Shown here: positions 36,002 to 47,207 of the stretch, one piece after another
Position numbering within the stretch: the stretch's first letter is position 1
Layout: each line of letters begins with the position of its first letter
NCBI GenBank assembly: GCA_905178155.1
Contig: CAJINV010000001.1
Location: forward strand, 5,716,495-5,763,727
Direction of reading: 5' to 3'
Length of the DNA stretch: 47,233 nt
DNA from: Amoebophrya sp. A120
Taxonomy: Eukaryota; Protista; Dinoflagellata
Made by a program: the position numbers and the translations under genes
The notes under the pieces: generated by a model
Told to the model about the DNA's origin: nothing
The model's input: only the letters and a program-made list of their open reading frames with translations
The model's database searches: none

Positions 36002-37392
36002 CTACCCCGCTCCTGCCTTCTTGTTCGCGATATTTCTGTTCCACCAGAAAGGCGTGTGAACCCAGTCGAAAACTCCGCCCCGCCAAATGTGCGTCTCCCT
36101 TCCATCCTCCGCTCCGATACTCCCATCACCGGAGGTTGTCGTATGCAGCTTCCGCTTCTCGTCGGTTTGGAGCATGAGCTGCTTCAGATCGCGGACGAAA
36201 GTCTTATCGCGCAACGGGTGGAACCGGAGTACTTGCTCGACGTCGCGCAAGGTTAATCCAGCGTACCGCGTCAGCAGCCGGACGCAAACCATGGGCACCA
36301 TCACGTACTCGCATCTGATGTTTTTATGTATTTGCGATTTATGATTGTACATGATTTTTCGGCTATTAGGCTTGTCTTGCCACCGTCAATTGCACAGACA
36401 AAGCTGCACTTCTTGGTCCTGCAAGAGGACAATACAATCGCGGAAAGCGTACTCAGTTCCAAACTATACCCGACAATCTCGTGCATGTCGTAGAGCGCAT
36501 TCACCGCGTTCTCACAGTCCGCAAAACACGAGCCAAACGCGTGAATATCGTGGTGAATCTTGTCGTGGTACGCTCCTTGCGTGCTGGGATCGTAGGCACT
36601 GCCGCGGTTCAACAGCAAAAGCTTCAAGTACAAGCTCGCTAAGCGCTCCGCCGCGGCCTCGCGAAAGAGTGTTTGCGCTACTGCTACCACGAGCGTCCAA
36701 AAGTCTGCAGACGGGGTACTAGGTGGTAGCCAGGACGGGCCGCGATTTGTCAGGGAACAATCTGCGCCGGCTGCTGTTGCATCCTTGTCCCCGTCGTCGA
36801 GCGCACCGGAGGACAAGAGTTCTACTACATCGGAGTCCTCGTTTACACCCAACATTGCAGCATCATCAGCATCAACAGAGCTTCCATTTGACGAATAGGA
36901 CAAGATTTTATCCACGTCAAACCACAACTCCGACATGTTCTTCAACTGCGTTTGGATGTCAGTTACAAACCGCTGCAACACCCTGGCGAAGTCCAACTGT
37001 AGTAAATTCGGCGTATTAAACCCGATCTCGTCCTCTTCTTCCGGCATTGCCAGTGAGGGCTTTACCAACCGCGCCAGAGGCTTCTCCCGGCGGAGTGACA
37101 GACCCCGAGTCGCGTGCCGGGCGGTTACACGCGTGACCAACGCGTCGCGCACGGCGTGCCGTGCGGATTGGAGAGCGTGAGGACCAGATAAAGTGGGTGC
37201 GGGGGAATGATCTTCTGCGGGGGGTGCTTCCTCTTCGGCAGAAAGGTCGTCTTGCGCGTCGTGCAACAAGCCCACCGCCACAATCTCCTGCAGTGCCTTA
37301 ATCAAGTCCTCCTCCGCACGCGAGTGCGCACCGTCGGCAATGGCACGCAGCTCGGAAACTAGCGTGGCACAAAAAACCCCGCCGCTCTTCAC
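36002..37392 (-). CDS. Helical protein, possibly an exocyst Sec6-like C-terminus; further upstream exons likely
   Basis: A 363-aa ORF plus the downstream exon via a GT-AG intron. KIHHDIHAFGSCF and RLLTRYAGLTLRDVEQVLRF loosely recall Sec6; the product call is weak. Confidence 0.45.
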
Positions 37393-38060
37393 GAACAGCT
37401 GAAGTAGGCCAGGTTTGCGCGGGAGGAGGTCTCCATCTAGTACCTATGTACAGGCAGTCGCTCGGGATCTAAACTTGAAGATTACAACACAGCACAATCA
37501 GAAACCACCTCATGATGCTCTTGTTGAGCGTTGATAAAAATCTATACCTCAGTAGTGTCACCCGCCTTCCCACTGGCTCCTATGGGCGGTGCTTCGTCGG
37601 ATCCTTTGCTGCTGGTCCGGTCAAACTCGGCAGTCGTGTTATCGTGTGCAGCCTTGAGAAGCGACCGACCGGGCGGATCGGGCATATTCAACGCCACCGG
37701 AGCTCGGAAGTAGAGCCCCGAGCGCAGTTTGCGTTGCGGGGAGAGCATGACTCCTGGGAACGCAATTGATTATCTGGTGCTCTTTTACTTCTGCGGTGCT
37801 ATTCGCTCTCAGATTATGTTCAAACTCTTGGAGCAGCAGCCGTTACAACTAGGAGCTCATCAAGAGGACTGTCGCTCTTGCGCAGAGAGAGTTGGGGCAA
37901 TGAACACCAGTACCAACGATCCTTTCGTAATTCACCTCGCGCTCGCTGGCGGCCCGGTGTGCGGTCCAGTTTTCGTGTCTGACTTGGATTTTTGCAGTTG
38001 CTAAACAAAGTACGTGTATTAAAACCAGGGAAAAAAGAAGTAGAAGCTTTATCGTTTTCG

Positions 38061-38516
38061 TTACATAACGTACATTTTGTTGTAGAACATGACAAACACG
38101 ATGAACAGCGCTGTAACCACCGACATCGCGAGTACAGGAGTACTCATGGGCATGGTTTTGATTCCGGCCGGAGTGTGCGAAATTTTGATTGGGTCGTAGA
38201 AAAATCGCAGCAGCCAGGGCCGCCGCGCGCCGGAAGAAAACCAGGAAAGGACCCCGGATCCGTTTTGTGTTTCCGTTTCTGAACTTTTTTCCGCGGCAAG
38301 CTGTGCCGGTTTTTTGCCCACCTCCGCAACGACCACGCTTCTAAGTGGCTCCTGGAGTTGCCCTTCTCCGCTCGTCGGTGTCAATGCCACTGTTGCCCGC
38401 CGACCGCGTCGGGAAGTATGTACTGCGTGCGAGCAGCTGAAGTTGCAGCATGTTGCAAGAGCAACTAGCAACGACACTCGCGACGAAAGCATCATCCTCC
38501 GCAGCGGAAGATGCAA
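38061..38516 (-). CDS. Hypothetical small membrane protein
   Basis: 151-aa ORF with a signal-like N-terminus and a C-terminal hydrophobic helix (VLAMSVVTALFIVFVMFY). Confidence 0.5.
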   Translation of the reverse strand: MHLPLRRMMLSSRVSLLVALATCCNFSCSHAVHTSRRGRRATVALTPTSGEGQLQEPLRSVVVAEVGKKPAQLAAEKSSETETQNGSGVLSWFSSGARRPWLLRFFYDPIKISHTPAGIKTMPMSTPVLAMSVVTALFIVFVMFYNKMYVM

Positions 38517-39087
38517 CTTCGAACCTCGTCAACAAGGAAGCGCCATGTTGGTGATCCTTCAACTGCGACGCCGCAAAAAGGCGACGGGCCACTCGCAAAA
38601 TTCTGCTTCCTTCCCAAGAGGAAGAGTCACTGTATGTAGGTTCTCTGCACGAAACGCGGGCCCCGCTGTGAACTTTTCGCTCAACGCCACCCTCGCGACT
38701 CGTACCGTTATTTTCCGCTCGAGCTAGAAACACGACCTGCTTCTTTTTCTGGGAACGGCTGGCACGCGGGATAATACAATCAATACTTTTGTCCCCGCAA
38801 ACAGGAACGCGTCCCGCCGGGGTCATCTTTCTGCCACGATTTTTTCAATGGTGCTGTATTCTCGCGAAAACGTACATCTTCCATCCAGTATTTGGCATAT
38901 TCATTCGAACGCATCGCTAATTGTGAAATTGTATGATACAACCGTGCGTGTGGTGTATCCGCGCAGCCAGTTTGGGTTAGTTACTTACAGAACAAGGGCA
39001 ACAAAGATGAGCTCTCTATCAAACTTACTTCCCCCTGCGAAATAACGCGCAGGAAGCAGTTATACAGCAGTGTCGTCTTCAACAAAG

Positions 39088-41990
39088 TCACGCCGCTGCT
39101 TCCATCCGGCCGTGTTTCTCCGGCTCTTCCCCGGCGCCTTCCTCGTCCGCGTTCTCTTTCTCTTCTCCCTCTATTGCAATGAAAAATGCCCCCATCCCCG
39201 AACTTTAAAGCATTTGCATTGCAAACCTTTCCAAATCAAACATTCGCCCTCTTGCATGTATCAGCATCACAGATTTCCGATCGTTAATAGCAAAAATTTG
39301 TATTGCAAAAGATCCCAGCAAGAGCGGTGCTTGTCATGCAAGCGATGCGAAACACCACCAGAATCTGCATCAGAAAGATTCATATTCCTTTCATGCATGA
39401 CAAAAAGTTTTCATTTGGAAACCTCGCATCACAAACTTTTGCAACTTTGGGGGTGGGGGGCACTTTTCACTGTAATACCCTCCTTGTCCTCTTTATCTTT
39501 TATCATGTAGGTTTCCGTCCACTCCGGCCGTGGGTCCAGATCACCCCGCTCCTCTGACCCCGGTCCCCCGGCGAGATACACAAACTTTTCACCGTCCCAC
39601 TCCTGCTTGGTCACAATCTTTTTCGGAACCTGATGATTTTGGAGACAGAAGGTTAAGCTTTAAAGTGACATAATATTTCTCGAAATACTTATACGAGCAT
39701 CGAGTATGAGGGACACTGGAACAAGTAAAAGCAAATCAAAAAATTTTCGCAAAAATAATACGTTTGGAGATAGCACGACGTCGTTCCACTCGTTCTTTTC
39801 GTGTTCCACGCCGTATTTCAAGCGGAACGCGGTGGGCAAGTTGGTGTCGTCCTGGCGCTATGAAATGGAAAAGTGTCTGGGTCTGGAAGGATGCAAGGTT
39901 TGTCGTGCACATTTTGCATGAGTCCTGATGTCTGTAATGCATGCCCTGGCATCACAGATTTTGTGAGGGCTTTCTGATGCCTATACCGCATGAGAAATGC
40001 CCTCTCGCAATGGAAAAGAGTGGACCTCTTTTGCTGTTCATGCACTGCAGATTTTTGTAGAATCCAGCTGCAGCATCACAAGTTCGCATCCTTCCAGACC
40101 CAGACATTTTTACATTTGATAGGCGCAGGGGCGGGTCGCCGTTCTCGCCCCAGACGACGTGCCACAGGAATATAACCCGCTCAGGTGTTACAATCTCAAA
40201 CGTTGCAATAGAATCTGGACTTTGAATTGCATGACGCGCATGACAGACTCGCAGAGCGTTCCACTTTCTGCAATACAAATTTCTGCAGATTCTAGTGCGG
40301 TTTGGGACTCGAGAACTTGTCATGCGCAATCCTGTGGGAGTAGGCTAGATCATGCACTCTCGCATTACAGATTTCCATATTCTACTGTAACGTTTGAGAT
40401 TGTAACGTTTGAGCGAGTCATAAGGAACTCCATGCCGTAGCAGTGCGTGCTCCGGGCCACTCGGGACGTCGTGCACAGGTCGTACGGCAGCGTGCCGTTG
40501 ACCATCGTCAGCATGTTCGCGTAAAATTCCCGGTCCCGGGAGTGGATCTTGTCCCGCGACACGATGAACTGCGCGCAGCAGTAGGGGCCGACCGTGCCCT
40601 CCAGCTTGTGCCCGAAGATGCGCTCGGCAATGGCCTGGATGCAGGGCGTCATGGTGCGCACGTGGCGCGGACCGTTGAGGTGCATGAAGTCCTGATTGAA
40701 GGTCCGATACCCAATGCTCTTCAGCACGACGGAGAGAAAGGGGAAGTGGAGGTGGTCCCCGGGGTCGCTGTGGATAAACACTGTGAAGTCGGCCAGCTCG
40801 TGGTACCTGGACGACAACGCTTACTTATTCGGGAAGTGATGTCGACGTCAGGAGTAGCAAGAGTAACACACAGCATAGCATGCAAGACCATGCACTACAT
40901 CAAAAGTGATAAACAACGAACTTCAAATTTTGTGCAAGTAACTGTTCCAGCTGAAGCTACTTCTTCTATACCGGTAGGTGATATGGCTCAGATAGGCGGA
41001 GCACTCGTCGCCCCGCGCGACGAAGCTGGGATCCGGGGTCGCGATGATGTAGATTTCCTGAAACAAGTCCTGGAACGGTTCTACCGCGGTGACCTGGTGG
41101 CACTTCTCGTACACAAAGAGCCGCGCCGTCACGTCCTTCAGTGCGGGTCGCAGCTTCGCATTGATCCACGTCAGGTCCGGCTCCTTGCAGTGGCACATCA
41201 CAAAATCCACGACAATCAGTTGGCCCTCCCGTTGCTCGCGCAACTGGAGAATGTACTGCTCTTGGTGTATGCATTGCAAAACTAACGTGTACTAGTAGAA
41301 AGTGCATTACAAATAACTTTCTCACGAAGAGAAATTAATGCGTGTTCGGGTAGAAAATTGGATTTGTCATGCACGGCTGCAATTACTACGTAGGTACGAT
41401 ACTTTTGCAGAGGATATTGTGCGTGATTTGACTAATCGCCTTTTTCAGCGGCCAGGTGTCGGTGTTCTCCAGCAGGTACTTTTGGTCCGCGGAGACGGAA
41501 TCCAACTGCTGCAAACCGAATTCAAAGTACGCCATCGCGTTCGGGTCAAAGTCCAGCCGAGCTTCCGCCACAAGGAGAAAAGCCATGATCAACGGCGGCG
41601 CGCAGTCGGAATCGAGGAACTGAAAAAGATTCAGTAAGGGAAAGACAAAGATCAAAAATGGAGCGCCTATAATCTCGGAATAGGAGCGATATCATCATGC
41701 GACACATTGCGACAAGCACTCAAAACAAAAGTACTATACCACTTCCTTTTGGTAGATCCGCGGGGTTTTGGTCATGAAGTAGGCTTCCAGTAGCGGTGGA
41801 CGCTTGCCCTCGTCGTAGTAGGCGTCGAGTTTGCGCTGGAAGTGTGAGACGGAGAAGGTGTAATCGTGGATGCACGATGCCTCCGTGTGGTTGTTGCACC
41901 AGCTCATGCTGTAGTCGGAGAAGCACCCGAAACCGTGCACGCGGAAGGACAGGAAGTGCTGGAAGATGAGGAGCACGACGGTCAGATACC
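39088..41990 (-). CDS. DUF3431-family protein, multi-exon, interrupted by four introners; start uncertain
   Basis: RGDECSAYLSHITYR|YHELADFTVFIH, YCCAQFIVSRDKI, and after element removal YGMEFLWHVVWGE. An acidic tail ends at the stop 39088-39090. Confidence 0.82.
39172..39477. mobile_element. Introner family B, 306 bp
   Basis: Direct repeat ccctc at 39167-39171 and 39478-39482. Removal gives KEDKEGEEKENADEE. Confidence 0.93.
39859..40121. mobile_element. Introner family A, 263 bp
   Basis: Direct repeat ggcgc at 39854-39858 and 40122-40126. Removal gives DPPLRQDDTNLP. Confidence 0.93.
40171..40422. mobile_element. Introner family C (TIR core gttacaatctcaaacgtt), 252 bp
   Basis: Direct repeat aggaa at 40166-40170 and 40423-40427. 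Imperfect TIR of about 45 bp. Removal restores MEFLWH. Confidence 0.93.
41268..41416. mobile_element. Introner family D-like, 149 bp, degenerate
   Basis: Right end gtacgatacttttgcagaggata resembles that at 30976. Flanks tggtg/ttgtg have one mismatch. Removal joins SQITH to (Q/K)EQYILQ in frame. Confidence 0.78.
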
Positions 41991-43348
41991 CGGAAAAAAA
42001 CTTTGTCAGGCTGATGCAATTCGTATCCCTGGCGGGGGTTCTTGTGGCTTTCTTTACACCGTTCCTCTTCGAAGTGTTTCTCCACACTTGCGGCACACGA
42101 CATCGAGACCAGATAAATTTGGCACCATCTTCTAGACGCTTTGACACTGCCGGCGTGGCATCACTTTGCTGAAAAGCAAAGAGGTTGCGACGCTCGGATT
42201 TTGCGTGATTCCTTCTCAAGGCCGTGCACTGTCGAAGCCAAGGCCACATTTTTCTGGCGTCGCAGTCCGGCGTTGTTTTTCTGCAGTGCAGATCTTGACT
42301 ACAATGTGGTGTCATGATTGCTGGGAATCGTGGTCTGGACGTTCGTTTTCGTACTTGCGTTTCTTCAGAACTCTTTGCTCGATGACGCAGAAGTTGGTAG
42401 CTATTCGCGAAATTAGCTGAAGCAGGTCGTATCCTGTTTCTTCTTTGGCTCGGCCAAGATTCCGCGGAGTCCTCTGCGTGCATACTGCAGTCACGGCGCG
42501 GAATCGTTCTCCGTTCACCGTCTTTCAGTGACGTGGAGAGAGCAGCTTCATGACTTGCCGCGAATCTCCGCTCGTGCGTTGCATGTCTCTCCGATGCACC
42601 ACACGCGACGGACACAGATGAAGAGGTCGACACCCCGCCTTCCCGCTTGGCGCGGCTATTCGAAGAGGCGGACTCCCAACGCGCTGCCGCGTACGCCGCA
42701 ACCGGATGCGATTGTAAAACAGCAGTCATCGGAAGTCGTACCTTTTTCAATACTGCGTCACAGAAACGCAACAAGTAAGTCCAACCGATTGATTATAGTA
42801 GCGTGACGCCGACGGTCGTTGAGGGCTCGCTCGTATTCATTCAAATAATTTCAGCAAAACGAAGTAGGTGATATTCAAAAGCACCTCAACAGGCAGCCAC
42901 GAGCCGCAAGATCTTCAAAAAAGATCCAATCCACCACAAAACAAAAACTCATCGTCTTTCTTGACCGACCGCATTACTACGATTCTTGATGGATCATTGA
43001 CCCTTGGCGCAAAAGCGCGACCATGCGAAGAAAAAGAATAGAGATTGAGCCTGACGACGGATGAGAGGTTAGCAAACAAAAGTTGGGGCACACGTTACTT
43101 GCACCTCCCGGAGAAAACCAAATCCCAAAGCCGAGCGTCAAGCCTGCAGCCTCTGTCGCTGAGTGGCCTCCGCGACGCACCGTGGAAATACTTAAAACAT
43201 CACTTCAGTCCGTGGACGCTGGGTGTTTTGTTCATCATGGCCGTGTAGATAAGTTGTGTGTTTTTCATTAGATGTAAGCTGTCCGATGGTCATCACGAGG
43301 GCAGAGGTGAAGGCCCACAAGGTTTGTCGGACGATCCTTCCGTTGTCG

Positions 43349-44325
43349 TCACATAGTAGCTGCTACTGTTGGTGCAGCTACCGGTGTGGTCGCGCCACCC
43401 ATCGACGACTGGTTTGCGGTGGCGGTTGCACACCGTTTCGCTTCCTCGTCCGGTAGTCTCGCTGATTCCGATGGTGATGCAGATGACATACCCTCGTAAT
43501 ACCTGGCGTCTTCCGGATCCAACCACTCGGTGGGTTCCTCGCGAAGTTTCGCCCGCATGTAGTCTTCCCGCTCCTTGGCGCCGCGCAGTCGCCGCCAGTC
43601 AAAATACGGCACGTGCAGAACCTTGTAACCCATCCGGGTCAGCAGTCGGTGCTTCAACTTGCTGTACCTGTAAAGACCGAGGATAAGTACTAGAAACTGC
43701 ACTTCGCGCCCCGCCTGGAAAGTACTACCAACGTACTGGCGAGATTAATTTGATTATCGGCTAAAATGCGGGGGAGCTAAACAAGGAATGAAGATTTGTA
43801 TTTCGACTGCATTCATCAGAGTACGCTGTGTAGCGCTGGGAGTTGGCGTAGAAATGCGATGGCCCGTCTACTTCGATAGCAATGGGTCGGTCCTTGCCCG
43901 TGGGGACATTGCCGTTCTCGTCGGCCAGGGGGCCGCTGAGTCTCCGGGTAAGCTCCTTGATAAGCCGCTGCTTTTCCTCATGCTGTGCGGGCGTCAAAAT
44001 CTCTTCCTCTCCATCGTACCTGTTGCTTTCCACCATGGGTAACGCCACTGACAACTTACGAAAAATTTGTGGACATGATTCACAATTCTTATGCCAAGGT
44101 CTCGCGCAAACGACAGCAGTTACTTAAAAACAAAGTTGCAAGTTAGTACAGGAGCGTTTTGATATTCCCGTCGGGTTGCCGTATGGTGTTTGGAGGTAAC
44201 TCATTCTTCACAGCTGCGGGCCTCTGCGCGAGCGCGCAAAACCTCCTCCTCCCAAGTCCGAGCGTGTCGTGCAGTACTGGGGACCGGAATGGCTGCCGCG
44301 TCAGGTGACGCGAGACGCGATTCAT
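43349..44325 (-). CDS. RAP-domain RNA-binding protein with a mitochondrial-presequence-like N-terminus
   Basis: [12 protein letters not shown]...TA|[24 protein letters not shown] across a GT-AG intron. Arg-rich, nearly acid-free N-terminus [16 protein letters not shown]. Confidence 0.85.
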
Positions 44326-47096
44326 GGTGTCTTGAAGAGGGCCGTTTGTTAACGGAGTCAAGCTCAAAGTCAGTAGCTTACGATAAACCAATGATGCAGC
44401 GCTCCGGAGCGAGCAACTAAAAAAAGCTTCTGATTTCAAACAAAAGCGTCCTCGCCGCGTCACGTGCAATATGATCAAAGTACAGATCAAAGTGGTCAAA
44501 AAAGATCAACAAAAGAAAATTGGATCATTTCACGGTGTGCGTCGGATCGTTTTGTGATCTTTTAAAAAGCGAAAGAAAAAAAACGCGGGTGGCGATCAGT
44601 ATGGAGGCCCAGTAGACGACTTCAATCTAGTAAGAAGGCAACCAACTTGTAGAGCCACTCGTGGGGTCCGCAGGGAAGCTCTTCGACCGGGGCGCCGGCG
44701 GACCGTAGCCTTTCTAGCGCGGCACGACCCCTTATTTCCAACGTGAGTAAAATCACCGTCTGCGCCGGCCCCCGGAGAAGGACGCCCCCCCGGGTTGCAG
44801 CACGATCACGAAAGGACGCCTCCGCGTGCCGAGCACGGCGGCCGCGCCCCCCCCCGCTATTGTTTAACCGCGTCGCAATCGCATGTAGCGGCTGGCCATA
44901 ACGCCCAGGAAAATCGTTGCTGTGTACCGCGCACCGCTCCCGGCGCTGCTAGGGGGCTTCGGCGCGCCGCGGGGGCGGGCGGCCCACCGCACGACCGGGG
45001 TGCGGGCGAACCGGACCGATGCCTAACGAGAAAGAAGGACCGCCCCAAGCCCCGGGCCTTTCGCGTTTTCTGCGGCGCGCCCCGCCACTATTATGCCCAA
45101 GCGCGCGCCGACCGCGCTTTTCGCCCCGACCGGCATACCCGCGCTACAGGCTTTGGGAAATGCGTGCGGCGCATCTTCGCGCCAGACACGAAGAGAAGGC
45201 GCCGATCATCACCATGGTCGTGAGTTCGTCATTGCCCGCGTTCCGCCGCGAACAGCTCGGGCGGGCGAGAAACCAGGCGCCCGGCGTCAGTGAACCCGAT
45301 CACCGGCGGCCCTGTTTGCCCTCTTGTGTACTCTATATCAGCAGGCGATCGCGGCCGGCCGGGGGGGATATGGATTGCACTTAACATAGGTGCGCACCGC
45401 CCAACCCGGGGTCTCAGGAGCGGTTTCCGGTCGGGCTAGTGGTTAAAATCGCAGAACAGAGGAGGCGTAGAGGCAATCTCCGGCGACCATTGAGTGGGAG
45501 CTCTTGGGTCCGATCCAGGGGGGTCTGTGTTTGACAGGTACATCCTGAGAAATCTAAGAAACCTAAAGACCTAAAAGTTGGAGCAGCGCTACGATGTCTT
45601 GACAGGTCCTCACAGAGCACATCACTGAGCTGAATTATGGTTATTATGCCACTCATTTCCGGAATTATTATTCAGTTTTCCATTACCTTTGTGGATTCTT
45701 CTCAATTTCCCAGATTCATGAATTCTGAAAAAATTTTAAACTTTTCAAAAACTACATATCATAAGATTCAATAATAAAGCACATACGTTATAAGTTGCAT
45801 TGTGGTGCGTCCTTTGTTAAAATCGATCAAGCTCTGTTCTTCAAAATCGACGACACGAAGTGCGAAATCGTAGACCGAAGCAGACAAGAAGGACTTACTT
45901 CGTTCGAACAAGCAAAAACCTAACACACTCACTCGGAGCTTCACCTGCTACAGTTTTATTGAGAGTTCTTCCCGACTCGGTTGCCAAGTGTAAAACTTGA
46001 GCCAAACCGGTCGGGCCAAAATTGAATGCGCACTTGCTGTCCGTGAAGTGTTCGCTTTTTCCAAATCTCTCTTGCAGTTTCAAAGAAAAGTTCCCGAATT
46101 CCTTAGGTGTCTCTCCCTGTGCAACAACTACTACATGCTGACTAACAAAGAAAAACCCCAATGGTACTATACTAGAATCAGGCTACTCTCGAAACAAATT
46201 CCCTCGGTTCATTCAAATGCGAAACAAGAAAAGGATAATCGTACATCGATGGCCAGTCGTGCATTCTTATGTCGATTCTTGCAGCTGAAAAAACTAAAGA
46301 AACCGAAACAAAAGCGACCCAAAGCAAAGGTAGAAGGTCATCTTACAAGCGTAGTTCTTTGCGGTTTTCTCTAACTTCAGGAAAGAAAAGGCACATGACA
46401 GAAGGATAAAAGGGCTACTTTCTATAGGCTAACGGTGAAGATCTAAATCTGTCTTGCTAGAACTAGAAACACGAAAAGACTACGCATCTAGGCTGTCTAC
46501 GGATCGTAGACAGCCTGAAAGCCACCGGCTCTGCCTGTTTCGCCATCCGCTGAATTCCTGAGCTTGTTCCACCGCCCCAACTACTGCCAAAACCCGCGCG
46601 ACCAGGAAGCGCCAGTAGTTCCACCGGTTCGGCCGCCACCAAACCAATTTCAACCGTTCCGCCAGGTTTCCCGCATACCGCAAAACTGGCACCACCATGC
46701 CAGTGCACGCACCCGTAGGTAGGTACTTGGTGGAAAATTTACCCGCAGGCTGGCACAACTGCTGCGGTCTTGGTCAACTACTGAGAGTTTTCAACATCCT
46801 TTTTTATTATTCAGTATCATGCACAAAATATTAGGTGCAACATTTTGACTTCTAAATTTTCATTTTTTTGAATTTAAAAACTTTCTTCATGTTGGGAGGT
46901 AATTTATAGCAATTCGCTTCCCCATTCCATATTCATAAGAATTCAAGCGCTTTCACCTTAGAAATAAGTGGGATTTGGCGTATTATTATCGTTTATTTTT
47001 TTCCTGAAAAATTTGCAAATTTTGACAATTCTAATCAGGGGTGAAACGGAAGACTGAAACGAATCGCCTTGAAATCAAGGCGAAGACGCGAAAAAC

Positions 47097-47207
47097 GGAA
47101 TGCCCGGCTGAAACGAATAACTTTTTTCAGAAATTCGAAACGTCGGACACCATGAAGTCCGACGTTTTGCATTTCTGAAAAAAGTTATCCGTTTCGGCCG
47201 GGCTTCC
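47097..47207. repeat. Imperfect palindrome, ~52-bp arms with an 8-nt loop
   Basis: ggaatgcccggctgaaacgaataacttttttcagaaattcgaaacgtcggac - accatgaa - gtccgacgttttgcatttctgaaaaaagttatccgtttcggccgggcttcc. Confidence 0.85.

Noticed and set aside
5876-40329. Recurrent peptides such as MSGSGR and KCPHP in unrelated ORFs
   Set aside because: They are translations of introner TIRs, not a protein family.
5862-41416. Tc1/mariner-type TA target duplication for the elements
   Set aside because: The TA belongs to the conserved TAT/ATA termini. The true duplication is the variable 5-mer outside it, and only its removal restores the conserved host motifs.
45369-45385. tatggattgca, identical to the start of the introner at 26521
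   Set aside because: No TIR core, no partner end and no direct repeat found.
45425-45520. tRNA-like gctagtggttaaaa stretch
   Set aside because: No cloverleaf or T-loop consensus could be built.
45996-46006. TTTGGCTCAAG on the minus strand (3' half of the dinoflagellate spliced leader); also accgtagcc at about 44702
   Set aside because: Only 11 and 9 exact nt, the first inside an ORF, with no SL RNA context; compatible with chance.
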